A DNA stretch of 62,731 nucleotides, filler included, from an uncultured bacterium (lineage in GTDB: Bacteria; DYJV01): NCBI GenBank assembly GCA_964543655.1. It is 4 parts of 4 records of this genome, joined end to end, with 100 filler letters (N's around TTAATTAATTAA, not from the genome) between each part and the next. Parts side by side here need not be neighbours in the genome. Positions count along the whole stretch, not along the records: positions 43,608 to 58,114 come from CAZIZE010000082.1; positions 58,215 to 62,731 come from CAZIZE010000088.1; 2 more parts are not named here. One strand, given 5' to 3'. Of the stretch, positions 50,766-60,953 are shown piece after piece. The position numbers and the translations under genes were made by a program. Below the pieces are notes generated by a model. It had not been told where the DNA came from, made no database searches, and was given only the letters and a program-made list of their open reading frames with translations. Each line of letters opens with the position of its first letter. The first letter of the stretch is position 1.

Positions 50766-52259
50766 TTAATTATCTGTAATTATTTTAAACTCTATAACAT
50801 CTCCTTCTACTGTACAGGAAATTTCCCAGTTATGAGATTCAACTATTTTTTTTACAATTGCAAGCCCAAGACCAGACCCTTTAATTTTGGTTGTGTAATA
50901 TGGCTCAAAAATTTTTTCACAATCAATTTTTTTTAATACTCCATTATTTTCAAAAGTTATAATATTATCCTTTGCTGAAATTTTTAAAAGAGTAGTTTCT
51001 CTATTTTCATAAGCATTTTTTATTAAATTGGTAAATAACTGCTTCATTAAGTTTTTATCAGCATTAATAAAAAAGTTATCATTAATGTTAATTGAAATTT
51101 CCAAATTAGAATTTTTGAAAAAAGATAAAATCTCTGAAATCAGATTTTTCAATAATATTTTTTCTTTATTAACTTTTAATGGCTTAGAATAATCAAGAAA
51201 AAGTTCAATTGTATTGTTTATTCTGGATAATTCTGCTATCATAGTGTTAATAAGATTCAAGTATTCGTCATCTTCTGATAATTCTGTTTCATATTTTAAT
51301 CTTTGAAGCCCCATGCTTACAACATTTACAGGATTTCTAATTTCATGTGCAATTAGAGCTGCACTTCTACCAAGTGATGCATATTTTTCCTGTGTAAAAA
51401 GTTTTCTTTCATAATTTTGAAGAGATTGAAAATATTTTTTTTGCAAAATATAGAGTAAGATACTGACAACTATTGCTACAACTATAATGACACTTAAAAA
51501 AACTATTAGGTTATGTTTAAAATTTTTTATTATTTTTACCCCATGAGTTGCATCAATTGTTATTTGAATAATTTTACCATTAACTCCTTTAAAAGGTAAA
51601 GTTACAATAAAATATTTGTCCTGCTTCAAAACTATCTTCATTTTATTTAAATTACCATTTATTATCTTTATATTAATAACTTCTTTTCTATGGCTGACTA
51701 TTGCTTTAATTAGATTGTCTATGGTAAATTTTTTTTTTGCCTGAAAATATTTAGCTGCTGTTATACCTGTAATTATAAAAGCCTTTGAGTATTTTCCTTT
51801 GTAATTGTATAATATAAGATTATTTTCCTTGTGAAAAATAATTTTATCTGGAGTATTATTATAAATTTTATAAAAAAATTTACTTACAGGAACATTTGAG
51901 TAACCTATTATTTTCTTATTTTTTCCAAAAGGGACAATGTAAATTAATGCAAGATTTGTTTCTTTTGAGAACTCTTTAAGCTCATCATAGTTAAATGGCT
52001 CTATTGAATTAAGTAGATCAATAAATTTAGCTTGAGATTTGAGATTATTTTCTATTATTGAAATGATAAAGTTATTTGACCTATACAGCTTTGTTGCTGC
52101 AATCTCAAAACGTTTTGCAATTGATTCAGCTTCTGTTTTAACTAAAAGGTAAACCTCTTTTTTTAAATTCAGATAGTGATTATAATAATGGAACATTATA
52201 ATAGAGATTAATAGTAAAAAAAATATAATATTCCAAACAAAAAATTTAATGTCTTTCAA
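50766..52259 (-). CDS. Sensor histidine kinase (ZraS/NtrB-like)
   Basis: Two TM helices, IAHEIRNP, NLIKNA, FEPYYTTK..GSGLGL. Confidence 0.9.
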   Translation of the reverse strand: MKDIKFFVWNIIFFLLLISIIMFHYYNHYLNLKKEVYLLVKTEAESIAKRFEIAATKLYRSNNFIISIIENNLKSQAKFIDLLNSIEPFNYDELKEFSKETNLALIYIVPFGKNKKIIGYSNVPVSKFFYKIYNNTPDKIIFHKENNLILYNYKGKYSKAFIITGITAAKYFQAKKKFTIDNLIKAIVSHRKEVINIKIINGNLNKMKIVLKQDKYFIVTLPFKGVNGKIIQITIDATHGVKIIKNFKHNLIVFLSVIIVVAIVVSILLYILQKKYFQSLQNYERKLFTQEKYASLGRSAALIAHEIRNPVNVVSMGLQRLKYETELSEDDEYLNLINTMIAELSRINNTIELFLDYSKPLKVNKEKILLKNLISEILSFFKNSNLEISININDNFFINADKNLMKQLFTNLIKNAYENRETTLLKISAKDNIITFENNGVLKKIDCEKIFEPYYTTKIKGSGLGLAIVKKIVESHNWEISCTVEGDVIEFKIITDN

Positions 52260-52268
52260 TTTTAATCC

Positions 52269-53222
52269 CTAAAAATTGATTCCCACAACTATTTCAGATA
52301 TATATTTTGTATAACTTTCACCCTCCTTGTTTGAGCTATCTCTATCTGATTCAAAAGTGAGCCCAATATAATATTTTTCTGAAAGTAGATAGATTATACT
52401 ACATTGCAAAGATAGGAAATACTCTCTTCTGTCTGCTTTATAATAATTAAGATAACCTGATACAGCTGCTAAATCAAGATTAAAAGAATTTATATTAGCT
52501 GAATATTCAAGAGAGAGTTGAATATTTTGATACTTTTCATATTTAATGTTGCTGTTATTCAAAGTAAAACTTGGTGTAATTATAAAGTTTTTCAATGAGT
52601 ATTCTATTGAAAAATTATGCGAAAGGTCTTTTTCATATTTTTGACTTAAAAATGAATCAATAAAAGATTTAAATCTTTCTCTCTTTTTATAATTGTCAGA
52701 AGAGGAAGTTTTTAATTTAAAAATAGTTCTTAGATTGTATAATACATAATCATCATACTGATACTTTTCAATAAAGTAATCATACTCTATTCTATAGGAA
52801 AACTTTAATCTTCTTAAATTTAAGCTAAAGTTGTTATAAATTCCAAGATAGCTATTGGTATTGTCATTGTTATCTTTTAAATATGTAATACCAGCAGCAT
52901 AATCAAACTTATTTTTGAAACTATACTTAAAGTTGCTGTTTAGATATAGGTCATTTTTTAAACTATAATACTTTGAAAATTCAGCAAGAATTGTTAACTC
53001 TATTGGATTTTTTGGAAAGATATAATTATCAATTAAGGAAATTTTATTATACCATGAATTTATTTTATTACTTTCAGTTTCTAAGATATTGGAATTGTAG
53101 CCTGTTGATATTTCTGTATTAAAAATATTTTCTGCAAATATGTTATTTTTTATGGCGACGACTATTAAAATGAGGACGAGAATTTTTCCTAATTTTATGA
53201 AAAGATTTTCTCTGCTCTGCAA
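52269..53222 (-). CDS. Probable outer-membrane beta-barrel protein (start uncertain)
   Basis: Signal-like segment, TGYNSNI, Tyr/Asn-rich amphipathic strands, C-terminal Phe. Confidence 0.6.
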   Translation of the reverse strand: MQSRENLFIKLGKILVLILIVVAIKNNIFAENIFNTEISTGYNSNILETESNKINSWYNKISLIDNYIFPKNPIELTILAEFSKYYSLKNDLYLNSNFKYSFKNKFDYAAGITYLKDNNDNTNSYLGIYNNFSLNLRRLKFSYRIEYDYFIEKYQYDDYVLYNLRTIFKLKTSSSDNYKKRERFKSFIDSFLSQKYEKDLSHNFSIEYSLKNFIITPSFTLNNSNIKYEKYQNIQLSLEYSANINSFNLDLAAVSGYLNYYKADRREYFLSLQCSIIYLLSEKYYIGLTFESDRDSSNKEGESYTKYISEIVVGINF

Positions 53223-53526
53223 GTTTTCTAATCCTTTCCCTGATTCTTAAACATCTACAATTTGGATTTTTATTAAAATTATTTTCAGTTTTTAATATTA
53301 ATGTGTCACCCTCCTTTAACTGAGATATTTTACTCTTGTCAAGGTATAATGTTTCAATTTTATTATTTTTTGAATTTAAAATTTTTATTTGGTTATCTTT
53401 TATTTCCAGAACTTTTCCAGAAAAGTTTGTGTTAATATTGCTATCTTGAATTATAACATCTTTTGCAGATAAAGTTGTCCGGGTAAATAGAAATATTAAT
53501 GAAATGATAAAAAGTTTTTTTATCAC
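53143..53526 (-). CDS. Exported hypothetical protein with basic C-terminal tail
   Basis: Signal peptide, small beta domain (GKVLEI...LKEGD), CRC and Arg/His-rich tail. Confidence 0.6.
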   Translation of the reverse strand: MIKKLFIISLIFLFTRTTLSAKDVIIQDSNINTNFSGKVLEIKDNQIKILNSKNNKIETLYLDKSKISQLKEGDTLILKTENNFNKNPNCRCLRIRERIRKLAEQRKSFHKIRKNSRPHFNSRRHKK

Positions 53527-53610
53527 ATTTCACCCCAATTATACAACCTTTGCAATATTTTTAACAGATTATTGAAATATTTTTTCAATTTTGAACCTTG
53601 AACTTAAATT

Positions 53611-53629
53611 AAAAGGGGATTTCCCCTTT
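53611..53629 (-). terminator. Small hairpin after the 53630 ORF
   Basis: AAAGGGGA-TT-TCCCCTTT. Confidence 0.45.
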
Positions 53630-54103
53630 CTATTTTGCGAAAGGGCATGTTGAATTATCAAATTTTCTCCCCATATATCCCCCTTTATTCATTCTGCCAT
53701 GTGCTCCTCTCCATAAAGGAAGAGTTGTGTCACTATCTCTCAAATTTAATTTTTTTCCATCACTTAGTGTTATATTTTTTAAAATATAATATAATTCACC
53801 ATTAATATCAAGTTTATAAACTTCAACATTAACTGTTTCACCAACTGTAGGTCTTTCTACTTGATTTTTTTGCCAATACCATATTGGTCCCAGTCCATAA
53901 ACTTTTATCTCCCCATTTTCAGTATCAAGTGTCATAGCTTGTCCTCTTTTCCCAATAAATGGTACAGGGACTGATATTACTTTACCTTCAATTTTTATTG
54001 TTTCTGCATTTTGCAAAATTGTTGAAAAGATTCCTCCTCTTGCAAAAGCTATTGTAGCAATTGTAAATAAAAAGAGCAAAGTTATTAAAAAATATTTTTT
54101 CAT
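53630..54103 (-). CDS. Exported OB-fold-like protein (LGPxWY type)
   Basis: Signal peptide; IEGKV...VYGLGPIWYW...VGETVNVE...LRD...PLWRG; Gly-rich Cys tail. Confidence 0.65.
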   Translation of the reverse strand: MKKYFLITLLFLFTIATIAFARGGIFSTILQNAETIKIEGKVISVPVPFIGKRGQAMTLDTENGEIKVYGLGPIWYWQKNQVERPTVGETVNVEVYKLDINGELYYILKNITLSDGKKLNLRDSDTTLPLWRGAHGRMNKGGYMGRKFDNSTCPFAK

Positions 54104-54173
54104 AAAATCCTCCTAAATTGAAATTTTAAAAAGAGGAATAGCCATTTTCAGGCTATTCCATCTTAACAGAGCA

Positions 54174-54457
54174 TTAATCTAAAATTTGTAAAATACTTTG
54201 ATTGTCACAGCTACCATCTCTTAACATTTGCCCATTTCCTTGCCTGTCATTGTTAGTTGCACCAAAACCTGTACCATCCATAGGTCTCGGCATAGTACCA
54301 TCTCCAAAACCATTTTGCAATAATTGTCCGCTTCCCTGAACAAAGTTAGCATTGTTACCCCGCCCATAAACCCTTTTCCATTTCCTCCTGCAAAGAGAGG
54401 TACCGCTACTAACATTGCTCCTAAGAGAATTCCTACTACTAATTTTTTTGCTTTCAT
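54174..54457 (-). pseudogene. Frameshifted paralogue of the 12405 protein (one base short in a G4 run; possibly a sequencing error)
   Basis: Adding one G at 54358-54361 gives 94 aa ...GKGFMGGGNNANFVQGSGQLLQNGFGDGTMPRPMDGTGFGATNNDRQGNGQMLRDGSCDNQSILQILD*. Confidence 0.85.
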
Positions 54458-54549
54458 TTTTTCCTCCTTTCTGTTTTTTTTACCCTACATAGGATTAGAA
54501 AATTTTTTCATAATATTTTAAACGTTGAGTTAGCACCTGATACTATTTT

Positions 54550-55005
54550 TTATTTAACTATTTCCCATGTTCCATCGTCATTTCTGCAAGCAGTTGTTTT
54601 TACCTGTTTATATTCACCATTAATAACAGCCTGAATGTATGCATCTCTACATACTCTACCATCATTACTGGTGTATGCTGGTTCTGGTATTACTTCATAT
54701 TTGTTATGGTTATCAGGATTGACCCATGTTACTTTTTTGTGTGAAGGCACTTTTTCAAAGGTTTGATTTAATTTTTCTCTGTCATATTTATCCATTTCAT
54801 TACCAACTATATAACCGATAACAGCTCCTGCAAAAGCACCTATTATTGCATTTCTACTTCTGTGGCTTTTATCTCCAATCTGACCTCCAATTGCTGCACC
54901 ACCAAGCCCACCTATTGTGGAGCCAAGCTGAGCACTTGTACAGCTAAAAAGAGTAAATGATAAAGCTATTAAAATGAAAATTAGTGTAAGGTGATTTCTT
55001 TTCAT
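54550..55005 (-). CDS. 17-kDa surface-antigen-like lipoprotein (glycine zipper)
   Basis: Lipobox LFSC, glycine zipper, W.NPD, CR...TACR..DGTW. Confidence 0.85.
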   Translation of the reverse strand: MKRNHLTLIFILIALSFTLFSCTSAQLGSTIGGLGGAAIGGQIGDKSHRSRNAIIGAFAGAVIGYIVGNEMDKYDREKLNQTFEKVPSHKKVTWVNPDNHNKYEVIPEPAYTSNDGRVCRDAYIQAVINGEYKQVKTTACRNDDGTWEIVK

Positions 55006-55040
55006 TTTTATCTCCTTATTGTTAATTTGTTTTAAGTTAT

Positions 55041-55056
55041 ATCACAAAGTATGCCA
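55041..55056 (-). promoter_or_regulatory. Probable sigma54 promoter (imperfect -12)
   Basis: TGGCAT-ACTTT-GTGAT on the minus strand, 35 bp before ATG 55005. Confidence 0.55.
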
Positions 55057-55107
55057 AATAAAATATCCAGTAAAAACAATATATTTTGTTTGTGGCAGGT
55101 GTGATTG

Positions 55108-55147
55108 TTTCGACAAATTTGTCGAAATGAATTTCAAATTTGTCGAA
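55108..55147. promoter_or_regulatory. Putative enhancer (UAS) of the adjacent NtrC-family regulator
   Basis: Perfect 20-bp palindrome TTTCGACAAATTTGTCGAAA plus partial site TTTCAAATTTGTCG centred 21 bp away; TTGACA at 55157. Confidence 0.82.
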
Positions 55148-55192
55148 TAAAAAAATTTGACAATAAGAAACTTTTATTTTAGTGAAGAGATT

Positions 55193-56521
55193 ATGAAAAT
55201 ATTAATTATTGATGATGAAAAAGCACAAGTAGAATTATTAAGTGGATTTTTAAAAAAACAAGGTTTTTCTGTTATTACAACTACATCACCTGTAGAAGCA
55301 ATAGATATTGTAAAGAAAAATCATGTTAATCTTGTTGTGTCTGATTATAGAATGCCTGAATTTACCGGTGAAGAATTACTTGAAAAAATAAAAGAGATTA
55401 ACCCTGAAATTGGTTTTATATTAATTACTGCATTTGGTTCAATAGAAACTGCAGTAAATATAATGAAACTTGGAGCAGTAGATTTTATTGAAAAGCCAGT
55501 TGACTTAAAACTATTGTTAGAAAAAGTCAGAGAATATGAAGAAAGTTTTTTAACTAAAGAAACTGTAAAAGAGATAACAGAAAAGATAAATATAGATATT
55601 CCATTTAAAAATCCCAAAATATTAAAAATATATCAGACAATTTACAAAGTTGCTCCAAAAGATATAAATGTTTTTATAACCGGTGAAAGTGGTACAGGAA
55701 AGGAGGTTATAGCAAAAACTATTCATAAATTAAGTGAAAGAGCAAAAAAACCTTTTATTCCTGTTAACTGTGCTGCAATACCAGAGAATCTATTTGAAAG
55801 TGAACTTTTTGGTCATGAAAAAGGTGCATTTACAGGAGCAATTTCAGATAGAAAAGGAAAATTTGAGCTTGCAAATAGAGGTACTCTTTTTCTTGATGAA
55901 ATTGGAGAGATGCCTCTCCATTTACAGAGTAAGTTATTAAGAGCAATTCAAGAAAGAAAAATAGAGAAAGTTGGTAGTGAAAAAACAATTTCAATTGATG
56001 TGAGAATCATCTCTGCTACTAACCGTGATATAAAAGAGATGATTAAGAGTGGAGAATTTAGAGAGGATTTATACTATAGATTAAATGTAATTTCATTACA
56101 ATTGCCACCATTAAGGGAAAGACGTGAAGATATTCCTATTTTTATAGATTATTTTTTAAAAGAGTTTTCAAAATCAACAATATCAATTACTCCTGAAGCA
56201 AAAGATTTGTTGATAAAGTATCATTATCCAGGAAATATTAGGGAGCTTGAAAATATCATTCAAAGAGCTGTTGCACTTTGCAATGGAAAGACCATAGAAG
56301 TGAATGATTTACCTGAGGAAGTAAGGTTAGCGCAATTACTTGAAGAAGATGAAAGTACAACAGTTAATTTAAATAAAGAGATAGAGAGACTTGAGAAAAA
56401 ACTTATTTTAGAAGCACTTGAACAGCATAATTACAACAAAACACAAGCAGCAAAATATCTTGGTATTAATGAGAGAGTAATCCGTTACAAGATTGAGAAA
56501 TATAATTTAAAGAGAGGTTAA
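55193..56521 (+). CDS. Sigma54-dependent response regulator (NtrC/ZraR-like)
   Basis: REC domain, [25 protein letters not shown], Fis-type HTH. Confidence 0.94.
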   Translation: MKILIIDDEKAQVELLSGFLKKQGFSVITTTSPVEAIDIVKKNHVNLVVSDYRMPEFTGEELLEKIKEINPEIGFILITAFGSIETAVNIMKLGAVDFIEKPVDLKLLLEKVREYEESFLTKETVKEITEKINIDIPFKNPKILKIYQTIYKVAPKDINVFITGESGTGKEVIAKTIHKLSERAKKPFIPVNCAAIPENLFESELFGHEKGAFTGAISDRKGKFELANRGTLFLDEIGEMPLHLQSKLLRAIQERKIEKVGSEKTISIDVRIISATNRDIKEMIKSGEFREDLYYRLNVISLQLPPLRERREDIPIFIDYFLKEFSKSTISITPEAKDLLIKYHYPGNIRELENIIQRAVALCNGKTIEVNDLPEEVRLAQLLEEDESTTVNLNKEIERLEKKLILEALEQHNYNKTQAAKYLGINERVIRYKIEKYNLKRG

Positions 56522-58114
56522 ATGAGGGAAAATATTAAAAATTTTGTGAGCTTTATTTCAGATAAAATAAACTTAAAAGGAAATGTGATAGAATTTGGCT
56601 CATTTCAGGTAGATGGACAGGTTGGATATGCTGACCTTAGACCATATTTTAAAGACTGCAATTACATAGGTGCTGATATTAGAGTAGGGGTAGGTGTTGA
56701 TGTTATATGTGATATTCATAGGGTTCCATTTAAAAAAAAGACCTGTAAATGGGTTTTGTGCCTTGAAACATTAGAGCATGTTTTTTCTCCTCTTGATGCA
56801 GTAAAGGAAATGTCAAGCCTTGTTGATAATGACGGTGTTTTTATTATATCATCTGTGATGGATTTCCCAATTCATGAACATCCTGCTGATTATTGGAGAT
56901 TTACTCCTCAGCTATTTTATAAAGTTTTAGACCAATTTAAATATAGGGCTGTGCTTTTTCAGGGAAATATTTTAAAGCCTCATACCATTATTGGTATTGC
57001 ATCAAATAGCATTGATTTTGATAAATTTTCATTTCCAGAAAATTTACAAAATGAATATTTGCATAAATTTAATGAAAATAATTTTGAAGAGCAGGAATAT
57101 ATAGAGGATGGTTCTCAAAAATATTTTTATAAAATCAATATGAAAAATGAAAATAGTGTTTATTATAAAATTTTAAAAGAAATTAAACCACACAGTGATG
57201 TTCTTGAAATAGGTTGCGCCTCAGGTCATGTTTCCCAATATTTAAAAAATAATCTAAAGTGCAAAGTTTATGGTATTGAGATAGATGAAGTTGCAGGGAC
57301 GATAGCAAAGCCATTTCTTGAGAAATTAATAATTGGTGATGTTCAAGATAGTCAGGTGCTTGCTAAATTAGGAGAGCAAAAGTTTGACTATATTTTACTA
57401 ATGGATGTTCTTGAGCATCTTCAAGAAAGTGAAAGCACATTAAAAAAACTTTTACCATATTTAAAACCCAATGGAATTTTGCTAATTTCAGTGCCAAATG
57501 TAGCTCATGGCTCTATAATCGCCAATATTATTGATGGGAAATGGGATTACAATGAAACAGGATTATTAGATTCAACTCATGTAAAGTTTTTTACAAGAAA
57601 AACTATTTTTCTTGAATTAGAGAGAGCAGGATTTTTTGTAACAAAAATTGATAGAGTTATAATGGAGCCTTGGAATACGGAATTTAAAACAGATTGGTTT
57701 AAAATTCCAGAGGATATTAGAAAGAGAATAGAAAATAGTAATCCTGATATTTTTACATATCAATTTGTTATTAAAGCTGTACCAATGGAGAAATCCTCTG
57801 CTGTTAAATTATTAGAAGAAAGGGCAGATACTCTACTAAATGAACTGGATAACTTTAGAAAATTATTTGCTAATAAAAAAGAGGAGATTGAAACTTTAAA
57901 AAATAGAATTACTTTGCTTGAGTGTGAAAAAAATGAACTTGCAAGAGAATGTAATGCTCTTATTGGAAAAGAGAAACAATTAAATGAAAAAATTATAGAA
58001 TTAGAAGCAAAGCAGCAAGAGTTGAAAAACAGAATTTATGAACAGAACAATCAATTGCTTTCATTAAAATTTCAAATTGCTGAAATAGAGAACTCACTTG
58101 CATGGTCAATAATC
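56522..58114 (+). CDS. Double class I SAM methyltransferase with coiled coil (glycan-associated); truncated by gap
   Basis: VIEFGS...ETLEHV...DYWRFT; VLEIGCASG...DVLEHL...GLLDSTH; heptad tail ending in NSLAWSI. Confidence 0.78.
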
Positions 58115-58214
58115 NNNNNNNNNNNNNNNNNNNNNNNNNNNNNNNNNNNNNNNNNNNNTTAATTAATTAANNNNNNNNNNNNNNNNNNNNNNNNNNNNNN
58201 NNNNNNNNNNNNNN
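58115..58214. other. Assembly gap with artificial linker
   Basis: N44-TTAATTAATTAA-N44. Confidence 0.97.
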
Positions 58215-58215
58215 G

Positions 58216-58362
58216 AGGATAACTCCTGGAGAGAAAATTTATATTACTGAAAATGTTTTAAATGCATTAAGAGCAAGAGAGAAATATAGAATCAATTTTA
58301 TAAAAAATGCGAAATTTAAAGGCAAAAGTAGGGAAGTTAAGATTTTTGAAGTGATTGTTTAA
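58216..58362 (+). CDS. C-terminal fragment, probably a class III adenylate/guanylate cyclase
   Basis: RITPGEKIYITENV...KFKGKSREVKIFEVIV*. Confidence 0.55.
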   Translation, partial: RITPGEKIYITENVLNALRAREKYRINFIKNAKFKGKSREVKIFEVIV

Positions 58363-58390
58363 TATTTAAAAAAGGAAATTTAAATTTTTA

Positions 58391-60202
58391 ATGTGTGGTA
58401 TTGCCGGTGGTGTTAATCTAAAATTAAATGTGCCATTTTTGTTTGAAAAATTAAAACATAGAGGCCCCGATGATTCAGGATTTTTTAAATATAAAAATAT
58501 TTTTTTTGTTCATACCCGTCTTTCAATTCAGGATATAAAACATGGGCATCAACCTTTTGAATTTAAAAATTATGTTATTATTTTTAATGGAGAAATTTAC
58601 AATCATTTAGAATTAAGAAATAATTATCTTAAAGATTTTAAATTCCAGACCAATTCGGACACAGAAACCCTTCTTTATCTCTATATTAAATTTGGCAAAG
58701 ATATGTTTAAATATATAGATGGAATGTTTGCTTTTGCAATACTAAATCTTGCTGAAAATATTATATTTATTGCAAGAGATAGAGCTGGGAAAAAACCATT
58801 ATTTTTTTATCATGAAAAGGAGAAATTTTTTTTTGCAAGTGAATTAAATACGTTTAGCTATTTAAATGATTTGGAAATTGATGAAGATGCTATTTATTCT
58901 TACCTTAGATGTGGTTTTTTCCCGGGAAATTACACTCCGTTTAAAAAAGTAAAAAAATTAAAAAATGGTCACTTTTTAATCTTTGATATTAATAACAACA
59001 GATTAAAAGAGTCAGAATATTTTAATATATTAAATTACTATGAAAAACCTTTTTTACCGCTTTCTCAAAATGAATTATTTAATGAGCTTGAGCAAAGGAT
59101 TGTCGTCAGTGTTAAGGATAGATTACTATCATCAGATCTTGAGGTAGGAGCTTTTTTAAGTGGAGGGATTGACAGCTCACTTATTGTTGCAATAGCTTCT
59201 CAATTTACATCTAAGTTGAAAACATTTACTGTTAAATTTCAAGGTGCATATGATGAATCAAAGATAGCTAAATTAACAGCAGATAAATATAACACTGAGC
59301 ATACAGAAATTGAAGTATCAATGAATGTTAAAGAAGATATTGAAAAAATTTTATTAAACTATGGTATGCCATTTATGGATTCTTCTGCAATACCAAGTTA
59401 TTATGTTAGCAGAGAAGCTAAAAAATATATTACAGTGGTATTAAATGGTGATGGAGCAGATGAGCTTTTTGCAGGATATAGAAGATATGTTGCTATTGCA
59501 AATAATTTTACAAATTCAGCAAAGGTTTTCAATTTTCTGTTGAAAATTTTACCTGTGCCTAATGAAAAAAAATCAGCTTATAACTATCTTTATAGATTGC
59601 TTGCAATGAGCAAAAAAGAGGGAATAGATTTTTACTTATCAGCTACTAATGATATTTTTGAAGATGTTTATTTTTTTGAGAAAAATTATATATTAGATGA
59701 TTTAAATGAGTTTATTTTGAAAACCATTCACAATAGAAAATTGTCAGAATTATCCAAATTTTTATATCTTGATTTTGAAATAATTTTATTTTGTGACCTT
59801 TTAATTAAAATGGATATAGCCACAATGGCAAATTCCCTTGAAGCAAGAAGCCCGTTTTTAAGTAAATATATTTTAGAATTTGCTCCATTAATATCTGATA
59901 ATTTAAAAATAAAAGGAGTAACAACAAAGTATATTTTGCGAAAGCTTGCTAAGAAATATTTACCATCTGAGCTGATTATGCAACCCAAACGAGGTTTTGA
60001 AGTACCCCTAAAAGCTTGGGTTAATAATGAGCTAAAAGATAAAATTTTTGATGCCCTAACTAAAGGATGTTATTCAGAAAATTATATTAACAGGAAATTC
60101 ATTGATAATCTGTTAAAGAGAAAGATAAAAGCATCAGAGGAAAAGAGAGCTAAAATGCTTTGGACAATGTTTTGCCTTGAAGTATGGAAAAATAACTGTT
60201 GA
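58391..60202 (+). CDS. asnB: Asparagine synthase-like glutamine amidotransferase (glycan-associated)
   Basis: MCGIAG, HRGPD, FNGEIYNH, FLSGGIDSS, GDGADELFAGY, SLEARSPFL. Confidence 0.92.
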   Translation: MCGIAGGVNLKLNVPFLFEKLKHRGPDDSGFFKYKNIFFVHTRLSIQDIKHGHQPFEFKNYVIIFNGEIYNHLELRNNYLKDFKFQTNSDTETLLYLYIKFGKDMFKYIDGMFAFAILNLAENIIFIARDRAGKKPLFFYHEKEKFFFASELNTFSYLNDLEIDEDAIYSYLRCGFFPGNYTPFKKVKKLKNGHFLIFDINNNRLKESEYFNILNYYEKPFLPLSQNELFNELEQRIVVSVKDRLLSSDLEVGAFLSGGIDSSLIVAIASQFTSKLKTFTVKFQGAYDESKIAKLTADKYNTEHTEIEVSMNVKEDIEKILLNYGMPFMDSSAIPSYYVSREAKKYITVVLNGDGADELFAGYRRYVAIANNFTNSAKVFNFLLKILPVPNEKKSAYNYLYRLLAMSKKEGIDFYLSATNDIFEDVYFFEKNYILDDLNEFILKTIHNRKLSELSKFLYLDFEIILFCDLLIKMDIATMANSLEARSPFLSKYILEFAPLISDNLKIKGVTTKYILRKLAKKYLPSELIMQPKRGFEVPLKAWVNNELKDKIFDALTKGCYSENYINRKFIDNLLKRKIKASEEKRAKMLWTMFCLEVWKNNC

Positions 60203-60252
60203 CAAACATAAAAAATATCATACATATATTTATATCTGATAAAGGAGAATGT

Positions 60253-60540
60253 ATGATAAAAAGAATGGGTATTAGAGAGATAGCAAGAAATTTAAAACTG
60301 CTTGATAAATTTGACTATATTGAAGTTGAAGACAAAAAGACTCACAAAATTAAGGGAATTTTTATTTCTGGAAAGTATCTGGATGAAATTAAGGAAATTG
60401 TTAGGAAAATAATTGAAGAGAAAAAGAAAAAAGAGGTAGAAGAGATTTTAAAATTTGTAGGAATTGCAGAGGGTGATACAAAAAATATGTCTGAAAAAGA
60501 ACTAAGAGAATATCATGCAAAAAAATATTCAAATAAATAA
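60253..60540 (+). CDS. Probable antitoxin
   Basis: Small protein (MGIREIARN) overlapping a PIN gene; AAAGGAG RBS; TTGACA at 60199 and imperfect inverted repeat 60216-60241. Confidence 0.6.
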   Translation: MIKRMGIREIARNLKLLDKFDYIEVEDKKTHKIKGIFISGKYLDEIKEIVRKIIEEKKKKEVEEILKFVGIAEGDTKNMSEKELREYHAKKYSNK

Positions 60541-60943
60541 GGTCTTTTTAGATACAAATATCATTGTTGATATAATTGATCATGCAAGAGACAATCATTT
60601 TTATGGAGTCAAATTAATTGAAATATTAATAAAAAAAGAAATAGATATTGCAATTAGTGAAGATATGCTCACTACAATCTATTATATAGTAAAAGATAAA
60701 TTAAAAGTTATTGGGTTCATAAATTATATAATGAAAAAATGGAATGTTTATTATTATGGAGATAAATTAATTAGAAAAGCAATTAAAATTTCAATGGAAA
60801 AAAATGTAGATTTTAAAGATGTCCTGCAATGTTTATGTGCAGTAGAGAATAAATGCGATTTATTTATCACCAATGACAAAAAATTTTATAACTGTGGTAT
60901 AAAATTGATGTCAAGTAAGGAATTTACTGAAAAATTTTTTTAA
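60515..60943 (+). CDS. PIN-domain (VapC-like) toxin
   Basis: VFLDTNIIVD, DFKD, FITNDKKF. Confidence 0.82.
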   Translation: MQKNIQINKVFLDTNIIVDIIDHARDNHFYGVKLIEILIKKEIDIAISEDMLTTIYYIVKDKLKVIGFINYIMKKWNVYYYGDKLIRKAIKISMEKNVDFKDVLQCLCAVENKCDLFITNDKKFYNCGIKLMSSKEFTEKFF

Positions 60944-60953
60944 AGTTTGTTTT

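Noticed and set aside
55093-55108. TGGCAG as a plus-strand sigma54 promoter
   Set aside because: No GC at the -12 position; the regulator gene has a TTGACA element instead
1295-59988. Numerous 60-140 aa antisense or nested ORFs in the ORF track
   Set aside because: Shadows of well-supported genes with no recognisable motifs
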